DNA of 64,000 nt, from positions 2,296-66,295 of the forward strand of contig JAAZOT010000043.1 in NCBI GenBank assembly GCA_012797605.1, in the 5' to 3' direction. This DNA is from Spirochaetales bacterium (GTDB taxonomy: Bacteria > Spirochaetota > JAAYUW01). Shown in pieces: positions 25,259-34,862 of the stretch; position 1 is the stretch's first letter, and every line of letters starts with the position of its first letter. The translations under genes were made by a program, and so were the position numbers. Below the pieces are notes generated by a model. It searched no databases and had not been told where the DNA came from. It saw only the letters and a program-made list of their open reading frames with translations.

Positions 25259-27250
25259 CTACATTGCCTTATCAACTATTTCATCTATAAGATTTGAATC
25301 GGCAATTTCAGGTATAGTAATGTGAGAATTGCTCTCTCTATTATTATAAAAAACTGCTGTAGTTATGGCATTTTCGTTTCTTGCCCAAGATCTTCTTGCA
25401 ATACCACCTATTACATCCCAGCTAACGGCACTTTTTATTATTTTATCGGTTTGTTCAGTGCCATCTAGAAGAAGACCGAAACCACCATTGAATGCCTTAC
25501 CAATTCCAACACCACCACCATTTGATAAGACTGCTAAAGTCATTCCTCTTGCGCAGTTTCCAGCAAAACAATGAACTGCCATTTCTGCCATTACATTACT
25601 ACCATCATATATATTTGCAGTTTCTCTAAATGGTGAGTCTGTACCAGAAACATCATGATGATCTCTTCCTAACATTACAGGTCCTATCTCCTTGTTTCTT
25701 ACCATCTCGTTAAATTTTAATGCGATTTTTACTCTGCCTTCCTCATCCGCATAAAGTATTCTTGCCTTTGTTCCAACAACAAGTTTATTTTTTTCAGCGT
25801 CTCTTATCCAATTATAGTTATCTCTATCTTGAGCTCTTCTTTTTGGATCTATACATGACATTGCAGCAGCATCTGTTTTTTTTAAATCTTCATCTTTACC
25901 AGAAAGACATACCCATCTAAATGGACCATAACCATAATCAAAACAGATTGGTCCCATTATATGTTCAACATAAGATGGAAAAATAAAGCCTTCAGAAGTA
26001 TCTAATCCATTTTTTGCAATATCTTTTTCTCCAGCATCAAAAACAGCCTTCATAAATGAGTTACCATAATCCCAGAAATAAGTTCCTCTATTTACCATCT
26101 CTCTTATAAGATTAAACTGTTTTTTCAGCGATTCATCTACTGCTTTTTTGAATTTTTCCGGTTGCTTTTCAAGTAAATTTCTGGCTTCTTCAAAAGAATA
26201 TCCCTGAGGGATATAACCCCCTTCATAAACAGCATGGCAAGAAGTCTGATCCGATGCAAGTTCTATTGTAATATTATTTTTTACTGCATATTCCCATAAA
26301 TCTACAATATTACCATAATAAGCTATAGATAAAGGTTTCCCTTCTTTTTGAGCAGCTTTAGCTATTTCGAAAGTTTCTTTGATATCTTTACATATTAGAG
26401 AAACCCATCCCTGTTTATGTCTTGTTTCTATCCTTGAATAATCTACTTCAGCTATTATTCCTATCCCTCCAGCAATCTCAACTGCCTTTGCCTGTGCGCC
26501 ACTCATTCCACCAAGTCCAGAAGAAAGATAAATAACACCAGCAAGATTTTTTTCATCTGGAATTTTTAAATACAATCTTCCAGCATTTAATAGTGTTATA
26601 TATGTTCCATGAACTATCCCTTGTGGGCCTATATACATCCACCCACCAGCTGTCATCTGCCCATAATTTGCGACTCCCATAGCTGCTGCGACAGCAAAAT
26701 CTTTTGGATTATCATACATTCCAACCATGAGTCCATTTGTTGATATTACTCTTGGAGCATCTTTTTTACTAGGAAATAAACCTAAGGGATGCCCTGATTG
26801 AACTACAAGAGTCTGTTCATCTGTTAATATCTCTAGGTATTTCTTGATTAACCTATATTGCATCCAGTTTTGCATTACTTGTCCAGTTTCACCATATGTA
26901 ACAAGTTCATAGGGATAAAGTGCAATATCAAAAGAAAGATTATTATCTATCATTACCTGTAATGCTTTGCCAGCAAGGCTATTACCTTCATATTCATCTA
27001 TTGATTTCGGTTTTATATCTCCTTGTGGTCTATATCTATATCCATAAATTCGACCCCTAGTTAACAGCTCCTGTAAAAATTCTGGTGCAATCTGTGAATG
27101 TAGATTTTTTGGTACATAACGAAGAGCATTCTTTAGCGCAACTTTTATTTGATATTTGTTAAGAGGCATCCCTCTTGATGGTGCTCTTCTAATACCTTGG
27201 ACGAATTGTGGGTATTCTGGAAGTGTATCTGGCAACTTTATTTCCTTCAT
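25259..27250 (-). CDS. hutU: Urocanate hydratase (long form)
   Basis: 663 aa. N-terminal ..GIRRAPSRG..ALKNALRYVP..LH..APEF, GLGGMSGAQAKA, and conservation throughout typical of urocanase. Confidence 0.9.
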   Translation of the reverse strand: MKEIKLPDTLPEYPQFVQGIRRAPSRGMPLNKYQIKVALKNALRYVPKNLHSQIAPEFLQELLTRGRIYGYRYRPQGDIKPKSIDEYEGNSLAGKALQVMIDNNLSFDIALYPYELVTYGETGQVMQNWMQYRLIKKYLEILTDEQTLVVQSGHPLGLFPSKKDAPRVISTNGLMVGMYDNPKDFAVAAAMGVANYGQMTAGGWMYIGPQGIVHGTYITLLNAGRLYLKIPDEKNLAGVIYLSSGLGGMSGAQAKAVEIAGGIGIIAEVDYSRIETRHKQGWVSLICKDIKETFEIAKAAQKEGKPLSIAYYGNIVDLWEYAVKNNITIELASDQTSCHAVYEGGYIPQGYSFEEARNLLEKQPEKFKKAVDESLKKQFNLIREMVNRGTYFWDYGNSFMKAVFDAGEKDIAKNGLDTSEGFIFPSYVEHIMGPICFDYGYGPFRWVCLSGKDEDLKKTDAAAMSCIDPKRRAQDRDNYNWIRDAEKNKLVVGTKARILYADEEGRVKIALKFNEMVRNKEIGPVMLGRDHHDVSGTDSPFRETANIYDGSNVMAEMAVHCFAGNCARGMTLAVLSNGGGVGIGKAFNGGFGLLLDGTEQTDKIIKSAVSWDVIGGIARRSWARNENAITTAVFYNNRESNSHITIPEIADSNLIDEIVDKAM

Positions 27251-27414
27251 CGTTCTTTTTCCCCCGAAATTTTTTATCTAATTTATATATTCCTTGGTTA
27301 TTTTATATTAACAATATATGTATTTTTTACGGAATTCATCTATTAAAGTTTAATTTCATCTTATTAGTGTTTAGTATTTTATTTTATAAATATATTCATT
27401 ATAAATGGAATTTT

Positions 27415-28404
27415 TTAAGCTTTCCCAGCAGAGCCCAAAACATTCATATTTTTATCCATATACATTTTAATTAATTCTTCTCTTGCTGGACCAAGATATT
27501 TTCTTGGATCAAACTCTGCTGGTTTTGTAGCAAGGGCTTCTCTAATCTTTGCTGTCATTGCTAGTCTTCCATCAGAATCTATATTTATCTTGCAAACAGC
27601 AGATTTAGCTGCCCTTCTAAGCTGATCTTCTGGGACACCAACAGCATTTTCCATGTTTCCACCATACCTGTTTATCATATCTACATAATCTTTTAATACA
27701 CTTGATGCACCATGTAAAACTATAGGAAATCCTGGAATCCTTTTTTCTACCTCTTCAAGAATATCGAATCTTAAAGGAGGGGGATTTTCACCAGGTTTTA
27801 CTTTAAATTTATATGCCCCATGTGAAGTTCCAATTGCAATAGCTAGCGAATCGACTCCTGTGGATTTTACGAAATCTTCAACCTCTTCTGGTTTTGTATA
27901 GTGATGAACCTCTGATTGAACATGTTCTTCAATACCTGCTAAAACTCCAAGTTCTCCTTCAACAGTAACATCAAATTCATGTGCATATTCAACAACTTTC
28001 TTTGTAAGAAGAACATTTTCTTCATAAGGAAGATGAGAGCCATCTATCATCACGGAAGAAAAGCCACTTAAAATACAACTTTTGCATAACTCAAACGAAT
28101 CTCCATGATCCAAATGAAGGACAATTGGAATTTCTGGAAGTTTTTTCTCACTTGCAAGTTCCTTCATAAATTCGACTGCACCTTGAGCGAGGTATCTTAA
28201 AAGAGTCTGATTTGCATACTCCCTTGCTCCTTTTGAAACCTGTAAAATGACAGGAGAACTTGTTTGAACACAAGCAATAATTATGGCTTGAAGTTGTTCC
28301 ATGTTGTTAAAATTATATGCAGGTATGGCATAGCCACCCTTTAATGCTTTTTTAAAAATTTCCTTTGAATTCACAAACCCAAGTTCCTTGTATGATACTA
28401 TCAT
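27415..28404 (-). CDS. fba: Class II fructose-1,6-bisphosphate aldolase
   Basis: YAIPAYNFNN, VLHLDHGDS, MIDGSHL, VEGELGVLAG, GTSHGAYKF and VLHGASS. Confidence 0.9.
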   Translation of the reverse strand: MIVSYKELGFVNSKEIFKKALKGGYAIPAYNFNNMEQLQAIIIACVQTSSPVILQVSKGAREYANQTLLRYLAQGAVEFMKELASEKKLPEIPIVLHLDHGDSFELCKSCILSGFSSVMIDGSHLPYEENVLLTKKVVEYAHEFDVTVEGELGVLAGIEEHVQSEVHHYTKPEEVEDFVKSTGVDSLAIAIGTSHGAYKFKVKPGENPPPLRFDILEEVEKRIPGFPIVLHGASSVLKDYVDMINRYGGNMENAVGVPEDQLRRAAKSAVCKINIDSDGRLAMTAKIREALATKPAEFDPRKYLGPAREELIKMYMDKNMNVLGSAGKA

Positions 28405-28484
28405 AAAATTCTCCTTTATCTTTTTACTTTCTAACTTAAATCAATTATAATAATCATATTTTTGAAATCAACTATTTTAATCTT

Positions 28485-29072
28485 TTACAAAAATCTTTTT
28501 TTAAAAATCTCTTCAAAAGGTTGTTTCCAATAAATTTTCCCACCATTTTCTATTGTTTCATAGATTCTATATTTAGAAAGGATCTCCTCTGGCGAAAACC
28601 AGAGTTTTACCTCATATTCTGAAGCATCATTAAAACTTGCATGTATTACATTTTCGAATCTAACGAGTACATGCCCATTTTCATCAAATATTTCATTCCC
28701 TTTTTCATCTTTTACTATTACATTTCTTCCATATTTCTGTCTTAAAGTAACAATCTTTTTATCTGGTTCTATTTCCATGGGATTAGTTTTTCCAACAATT
28801 GAACGAATTATACTGCATGCATTATCCCCAGCATATACAAAGGCATAAACCCAGGGAAAACTATGATAACCACCTAAAAGATATTTTATGATATCTTGAT
28901 AAAAAGGTTTATCCTTATGCTCATAATAATGATAAGCCGCAAGTTGGTAAGTTGGTTCTATGACTTTTGCACCAACAAGGAAAAGGTCTTCCCTTTCAAG
29001 ATGTGATAGTACTTCCCCAACCAAAGAAAGCTCAACACCATCAGGTTTAATAAGAACAAGGCTATGTTCCAT
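28485..29072 (-). CDS. ndk: Nucleoside-diphosphate kinase-like protein (long variant)
   Basis: SLVLIKPDGV, HKDKPFY, GKTNP and NVIHASF (active-site His retained but the HGSD context altered). At 195 aa it is longer than the usual ~140-150 aa. Confidence 0.6.
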   Translation of the reverse strand: MEHSLVLIKPDGVELSLVGEVLSHLEREDLFLVGAKVIEPTYQLAAYHYYEHKDKPFYQDIIKYLLGGYHSFPWVYAFVYAGDNACSIIRSIVGKTNPMEIEPDKKIVTLRQKYGRNVIVKDEKGNEIFDENGHVLVRFENVIHASFNDASEYEVKLWFSPEEILSKYRIYETIENGGKIYWKQPFEEIFKKRFL

Positions 29073-29073
29073 T

Positions 29074-29361
29074 TTATTTCCTTTCTTCTATTTCTTCATC
29101 ATTTTTCAAAATTTTAACCTCTATCTTATCAAAATAATACTTTGAAATAATTAAAAATCCACTTTTAGTATTTATATTTTCTTTCAAGTCTTTTTTATCA
29201 TAAAATAATAGTTTAATGAATCTTTCTTTTACAATTTTATCAACAATAAAAGTCCTACCAATATCAAAATTTATTGATTTAAATTTATCAAAAATTCTTT
29301 TAGGTATTTTTGTTTCAATTACTTGAATAATATCCCCTTCTCTAACCTGTCTTAAATTCAT
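29074..29361 (-). CDS. Hypothetical 95-aa protein
   Basis: Tightly packed between nrdG and the ndk-like gene, 1 nt before the ndk start. No motif recognised. Confidence 0.4.
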   Translation of the reverse strand: MNLRQVREGDIIQVIETKIPKRIFDKFKSINFDIGRTFIVDKIVKERFIKLLFYDKKDLKENINTKSGFLIISKYYFDKIEVKILKNDEEIEERK

Positions 29362-29388
29362 GGGATTTCTAACTCATAAATAATATTT

Positions 29389-30003
29389 TTACCCTATACT
29401 ATTAATTATTCTTTTTACTCTATACTCTTGAAATGTAATATCGATATCTAATTTTTTAGCTAATTCTTCAATCTCTTCTTTATAGACAAGATTATTCACC
29501 AAAGTTGTCCTTGTCTGGAATTCTATACCACTATTTTTAATTAACTTTAAAGTCTCAACAATAATGGAAAAATCAAAATTTTTTAATCCAATTGTCTCGG
29601 GGTATTTTTCAGGAATATTTTTAATATCTAATGAAACAAAATCAATAAGATTTTCTTCTATTAATTTTTCAATAACTTTTGGATTTGACCCATTAGTATC
29701 CAACTTTATTAGAATCTTATTTCTCCTAAGATCCCTTATAAAATCGATTAAATAATCTCCATTGATTGTTGGTTCTCCTCCAGAAATACATATACCGTCT
29801 ATTTTGCCCTTTCTTTTTTCGATAAAGCTTAAAATATTCTCAAATGGTATGGTTTTTATTTTATTTAGGCTTTTTTCATCAACCAGATCAAAATTATGGC
29901 ACCATGGGCAGCGAAAATTACATCCACCTAAGAATAGCACACTACATACTTTTGAAGGATAATCTATTAAACTTACTGGAATAAAACCTTTAATTTCTAC
30001 CAT
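29389..30003 (-). CDS. nrdG: Anaerobic ribonucleoside-triphosphate reductase activating protein (radical SAM)
   Basis: GGCNFRCPWCHN (CxxxCxxC), ISGGEPT, and size 204 aa. Lies directly downstream of nrdD. Confidence 0.85.
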   Translation of the reverse strand: MVEIKGFIPVSLIDYPSKVCSVLFLGGCNFRCPWCHNFDLVDEKSLNKIKTIPFENILSFIEKRKGKIDGICISGGEPTINGDYLIDFIRDLRRNKILIKLDTNGSNPKVIEKLIEENLIDFVSLDIKNIPEKYPETIGLKNFDFSIIVETLKLIKNSGIEFQTRTTLVNNLVYKEEIEELAKKLDIDITFQEYRVKRIINSIG

Positions 30004-30015
30004 AAAATATTTTAA

Positions 30016-32430
30016 TTATATCTTAAATACTTTTCTTTCGTAAAATTCCATTCTCTTACCATCATTCCAGTTTTGAACAGGACGATAATAGCCAACTACT
30101 CTTGAATATACCTCACAAGGAATGACCTTTTGCATAATATTGTCATTTATAAAATTTTTCCTATCTTGGGTAAAAGTGTTCTTTTGATCGATATCTTTCT
30201 TGTGTATATCTTTATTTTCTTCAGAAAATAAATCATATTCAATGAAATTACTTTCAAAATTTCTTTTATCATTTTTAATCTTTTCTTTTAACATATTTTT
30301 ATCTTCAATTTTTATCTTATCATAATTGAAAGCTTCAATTTCATTTAATAAAACTCCAAATTGATCCAATTCTTCTGTACTATGCTGTTTTTCACATATC
30401 CACTTTTCCCCTGGTATATAACCATGAACCGGGCAGATGCTATATGTTGGAGTGATTGAAAAGTATGGTAAGCTATAAGTATATGCAATTTTTTTAATAA
30501 GATTTTTCAATGCTTCAATATCTACTATATGCTGTCCTACAAAGATATGTAAAACAGTACCTCCAGTAAATTTGCTTTGAATTTTATCTTGATGATCACA
30601 GACTTCAAAAAGATCGTCAGAAATATTTACTGGAAGTTGTACTGAGTTTGTATAGTATGGTCTTTCTTCTGTCCCAGAAGTAATAATATTGCCAAACTCT
30701 TTCTTATCTATCAATGCTAGCCTATAACTTGCTCCTTCAGCTGGTGAAGCTTCAAGATTATACATATTCCCTGTTTCCTCAGAGATTTTTTCGATTCTCT
30801 CAAGGATAAAATCTAATGTTTTTTCTGCAAATTCTTTCCCTTCATCTTTCAAATAAGAAATTTTAAGCAAGTTTTGAACTGCCTCATTCATACCTATAAG
30901 GCCAATTGTAGAAAAATGATTAGCCCAGTAATGTCCAGTTCTTAGTTTAACATCTTTTAGGTAAAACTTCGTATATGGGTAAAGACCATTATCTGTTAAG
31001 TCTTCGATGATTTTTCTTTTTAATTCCAAAGAAGTTTTAGATATCCTAATTATTTCATCTAACCTATTGAAGAATTCTCCTTCATTTTTTGAAATAAAGG
31101 CAAGTCTTGCAAGATTTATAGTAACAACACCAATTGAGCCAGTCATTGGATTTGAGGCAAAAAGACCTCCTCTTCTAATCGAGTGATCTTTTTGCTCTTC
31201 AATTATCTTCGAAAGTCTTTGCTTTATTTTTTTATTATCCAATTTTAATCTACAGCACATACTTCTTGAATCTTCGACATTCATTGAAGAATTAACAAAA
31301 TTACTAAAATATGGCGTACCATATTTTGCGGTAAGTTCCCATAAAGGATCATAATCTTTTTGATTAAAATCAAAATCCTTTGTAATATTTATTGTTGGTA
31401 TGGGGAAAGTAAATGGTCTTCCCTTTCCATCCCCTTCAAGCATTACTTCGCAAAAAGCCTTTAATATCATCTTCATCTCGGGTTTATACTCTTGATAAGT
31501 CGAATCAAGAAGTTGACCACCAATTATTATTGCTTTATCTTTTAAGTTCGGAGGAACAACAAGGTCAAAAGTAATATTTGTAAATGGAGTCTGAAAACCA
31601 GTTCTTGTTGGAACATTCAGATTAAATATAAATTCTTGCATAGATTGTTTGACTTCATTATAGTTAAGCTTGTCAAATCTAATAAATGGAGCCAGTAAAG
31701 TATCGAAATTTGAAAATGCCTGTGCACCTGCAGCTTCACCCTGCATAGTATAAAAAAAGTTTGCAATCTGTCCCAAAGCTGTCCTAAAGTGTTTTGCTGG
31801 TTTGCTTTCAACTTTACCAGCAACACCAGTAAAACCTAGAAAAAGAAGTTGTTCTAAATCCCATCCAACACAGTATGAAGATAAAGAACCAAGATCATGA
31901 ATATGAATATAGCCTTTTCTATGAGCCTCTGCTATATCTGGTGTATATATTTTATTTAACCAATATTCCGAAATTAGTGTTGAAGATATATGAGAATTTA
32001 AACCCTGTAGAGAATAACTCATGTTAGAGTTTTCTCTAACCCTCCAGTCATTTTCTTTGATATAATCCTCAATCATAGAAAATGCGGCATTAAAAGCATT
32101 GGTAATATTTCTTGCTTCCGCTCTTTTAGCACGATAAAGGATATACATCTTTGCGGTTTTTCTATAACCCATATTCATCAGGGTTTCTTCGACAAGATCC
32201 TGAATAGTTTCGATATCCACTATTTCAGTTTCAATCCTTGACACAACATAACCTGTAGCTTCCCAAGCTTTTGCTTCATCTCCCTCTTTAGATACAGAAA
32301 AAGCTTTGCTGATAGCATTTGCGATTTTTGAAGGATCAAACTCGACTATTTTACCATCTCTTTTTTTGACAAGATTGGCAATTTTCGAAGATTGCCTTGA
32401 TTTTACAAGCTCTTTAACATAGATTTTCAT
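30016..32430 (-). CDS. nrdD: Anaerobic (class III) ribonucleoside-triphosphate reductase
   Basis: N-terminal ATP-cone (VKKRDGKIVEFDPSKIANAI), active-site SMCCRLKL, and C-terminal glycyl-radical motif YSRVVGYYRPV. The likely start is ATG 32430, 5 nt after GGAGG. The track start is GTG at 32442. Confidence 0.9.
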   Translation of the reverse strand: MKIYVKELVKSRQSSKIANLVKKRDGKIVEFDPSKIANAISKAFSVSKEGDEAKAWEATGYVVSRIETEIVDIETIQDLVEETLMNMGYRKTAKMYILYRAKRAEARNITNAFNAAFSMIEDYIKENDWRVRENSNMSYSLQGLNSHISSTLISEYWLNKIYTPDIAEAHRKGYIHIHDLGSLSSYCVGWDLEQLLFLGFTGVAGKVESKPAKHFRTALGQIANFFYTMQGEAAGAQAFSNFDTLLAPFIRFDKLNYNEVKQSMQEFIFNLNVPTRTGFQTPFTNITFDLVVPPNLKDKAIIIGGQLLDSTYQEYKPEMKMILKAFCEVMLEGDGKGRPFTFPIPTINITKDFDFNQKDYDPLWELTAKYGTPYFSNFVNSSMNVEDSRSMCCRLKLDNKKIKQRLSKIIEEQKDHSIRRGGLFASNPMTGSIGVVTINLARLAFISKNEGEFFNRLDEIIRISKTSLELKRKIIEDLTDNGLYPYTKFYLKDVKLRTGHYWANHFSTIGLIGMNEAVQNLLKISYLKDEGKEFAEKTLDFILERIEKISEETGNMYNLEASPAEGASYRLALIDKKEFGNIITSGTEERPYYTNSVQLPVNISDDLFEVCDHQDKIQSKFTGGTVLHIFVGQHIVDIEALKNLIKKIAYTYSLPYFSITPTYSICPVHGYIPGEKWICEKQHSTEELDQFGVLLNEIEAFNYDKIKIEDKNMLKEKIKNDKRNFESNFIEYDLFSEENKDIHKKDIDQKNTFTQDRKNFINDNIMQKVIPCEVYSRVVGYYRPVQNWNDGKRMEFYERKVFKI

Positions 32431-32452
32431 AAAATCCTCCACATGATAATCT

Positions 32453-32600
32453 CTTACTCGTCTTCCGGCTTCAGGGCTTCCTACATACTTTTATTTCCTC
32501 CTTCCCTTCGCAGTAAAACCACTGGGAAGGTAAAAATATTTCGATACCCTTTCACGGCTGTGTGGACAGCACAGGCATCTAACCTGTTTCCGTTAGTAAG
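32453..32600 (-). promoter_or_regulatory. Cobalamin (AdoCbl-type) riboswitch in the nrdDG leader
   Basis: The minus strand reads cttact-AACGGAAACAGGTTAGATGCCTGTGCTGTCCACACAGCCGTGAA...CCCAGTGG..CTGCGAAGGGAAGG...GAAGCCGGAAGACG-agtaag. This matches the GGAA..GGTnnnA..CC..GCTG.CC...CAnCnGTnAA core, the GGGAAGG element and a B12-box-like AGCCGGAAGAC. P1 is cttact/agtaag, and the SD lies 13 nt downstream. Confidence 0.7.
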
Positions 32601-32651
32601 AAATCTATAGATTTTTATCAAACTTTTCTATAATTTCAATAAAAAATAGTA

Positions 32652-34841
32652 TTAGAAAATTTTATTTAAAATCTTAATAAGATCTTCCATACTGTATGGC
32701 TTAAATAGAAAATAAATATTTTTTTCCCTACTAAGTTCAAGTACTCTTTCATCATTAGATAACCCTGTGGTTAAAATCACTGGAATATCTTTATTTTTAA
32801 TATTATATTTTTCTTCAAGAATTTTATAAAGTTCATATCCAGAAATTTTTGGCATTATAAGATCTAATATAATCAAAGAGATTTCATTTTTATAAGTTTC
32901 ATATGTTTCAATGAAATTTTGAGGATCTTTTACTTCATAAACATTAAAATCCACTTTTTCTAAAATCTGTTGTAAAACCTTTCTCAAATTATCTTCATCG
33001 TCTATTATAATTGCTCTTTTCCCCTTAAATTTCTTATTTATACTTATCTTTTCTTCTTCGATTAAACCTTCATTCTCTATCTTCTTATAGATAGGGAAAT
33101 ATAGTTTTATCTCAGTTCCAATTTCGACCTCGGATATTACTTCTATAAAGCCTTTATGACTTTCAACAATGTTATAGACCATTGTTAAACCAAGTCCACT
33201 GGATGTTGCTTTTTCTTTTGTAGAAAAAAAGGGATCAAATATTTTATTTAAGTTTTCTTTCGGTATTCCAACACCATTGTCTTTAATAGAAACATAAGCA
33301 TACTCTTTATTATCTTTTTCTAACTTGTTAATGGATATAAGAAGTTGACCTCCTTTTTTCTCATTTTCTTTTTTCATAATAGTCATAGCATGATATGAGT
33401 TTATACATAGATTTAATATCGCCTGCTCAATCTGAGTTTCTGAACCATAAATATATAAATTTATTTCTGGATCACTATTGAAAGAAATTTCAACAGATTT
33501 ATCAAAAGAATGTTCGCAAATTTTTATTACATTCTCTATGCATTTAGTAAGGTCTACTATTGAGAATCTTGTCTCATTTTTCTTAGTCAAAGATGAGAGT
33601 TGGTTTACCACCAAAGAAGCTTTCTGAGTGGTTAGTTTTAAAATATCTATATACTCTTCTAACTCTTCTTTACTTATTTTATTTTCATTTTTAATATCGT
33701 TATCCATCAGTGAGATTGTCCCTGTAATGGTTCCAAGAATATTATTGAAATCGTGTGCAATACCTGCCCCTAAATGCTGTATACTTTCCATTCTTTGCAT
33801 TTTATTTATCATATCTACCTTTTTTACATTTTCCGTTTCATCATCTATCTTTATAATAATGCCTTCAAGGTTGTTTTCATAGTCCATAGAAAAAAGGGGA
33901 ATCAATGATATAGTATGAATTTTATCTTTCCATTTATCTAGTTCGATTACTTTTTGCTCTATCACTTTTGGTTCTAATTTATTGATTACAGAAGATATTT
34001 CATTTTCTATTTCAATAAAATAACTATCAACTTCATAGATCAATTTATTTAAGCATAAATTTGATTCAACGAAGAATAATTTTTCTGCCATTTTGTTCCA
34101 TAGACTAACCCTAAATTCTTTATTAATAAGAATTATTGCATTAGGTAAATTATCTACAATACCATTTATCAATGATATTACTGAGTTTAGTTTAACAGTC
34201 ATTGAATTAAAGGCACTAGAAATATCACCAATTTCATCATTTGAATTAACCTCAAGCCTATAACTGTAATCCCCTGAAGTAATTTTATTTATTGAAAAAA
34301 GAAGCTGCTCTAAAGGATTTGATAGGTTTTTGGAAATTATAAAGATAATTGTAAATGATATAGAAAATAATAAAACAACTATTGTAAGAAATAGTGCTAT
34401 TTTAATTTTGAGTTGAGAATAAAAAAAGGTGCTGAAGTTATAACCTATCTTCGCTTCTCCAATCTTTTGCTTATTATCACTAATAATAGGTATATTTACT
34501 TCATCTATAAATACCGAAAGTCCTGAAAATTTCTCTCTATAAGATTGGTTAATTAAAAATCCAGAGTCATCATAGATATAGACATAACTAACGACTTCTT
34601 CGCTTAAAAATTTCTGACAATTCTTTTCTACACCATAATAGTCGTATCTTTCAAGAGATGGCGTTATCAAAGATATAAATAAAGTAGTTAATTTGTTTTC
34701 AACAGAATGTTTTTGATTTTCATAAAACCTATCTAAAAAAAGACTTATCAGTGTTATTGCTATTAAAAGAAAAACTCCGATTGATATTATTATATATAGT
34801 GTAAGTTGAAAAGATATCTTATTTTTATATTTTTTTTTCAA
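32652..34841 (-). CDS. Hybrid sensor histidine kinase / response regulator
   Basis: Two TM helices flank a ~110-aa extracytoplasmic region. Then come HAMP (..SNPLEQLL..DEIGDISSAFNSM), a PAS-like segment, H-box GAGIAHDFNNIL, the ATPase N/G boxes (LNLCINSYHAM, DNGVGIP, GLGLTMV), and a C-terminal receiver (IIIDDED...ILDLIMP...FKP). Confidence 0.85.
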   Translation of the reverse strand: MKKKYKNKISFQLTLYIIISIGVFLLIAITLISLFLDRFYENQKHSVENKLTTLFISLITPSLERYDYYGVEKNCQKFLSEEVVSYVYIYDDSGFLINQSYREKFSGLSVFIDEVNIPIISDNKQKIGEAKIGYNFSTFFYSQLKIKIALFLTIVVLLFSISFTIIFIISKNLSNPLEQLLFSINKITSGDYSYRLEVNSNDEIGDISSAFNSMTVKLNSVISLINGIVDNLPNAIILINKEFRVSLWNKMAEKLFFVESNLCLNKLIYEVDSYFIEIENEISSVINKLEPKVIEQKVIELDKWKDKIHTISLIPLFSMDYENNLEGIIIKIDDETENVKKVDMINKMQRMESIQHLGAGIAHDFNNILGTITGTISLMDNDIKNENKISKEELEEYIDILKLTTQKASLVVNQLSSLTKKNETRFSIVDLTKCIENVIKICEHSFDKSVEISFNSDPEINLYIYGSETQIEQAILNLCINSYHAMTIMKKENEKKGGQLLISINKLEKDNKEYAYVSIKDNGVGIPKENLNKIFDPFFSTKEKATSSGLGLTMVYNIVESHKGFIEVISEVEIGTEIKLYFPIYKKIENEGLIEEEKISINKKFKGKRAIIIDDEDNLRKVLQQILEKVDFNVYEVKDPQNFIETYETYKNEISLIILDLIMPKISGYELYKILEEKYNIKNKDIPVILTTGLSNDERVLELSREKNIYFLFKPYSMEDLIKILNKIF

Positions 34842-34862
34842 ATTTAAACCTTTTTTTTATTT

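Noticed and set aside
30118-30393. Insertion in NrdD as an intein
   Set aside because: It is only 92 aa and low-complexity (K/E/D/N-rich). It lacks the intein splicing blocks, has no terminal His-Asn, and has no endonuclease motifs.
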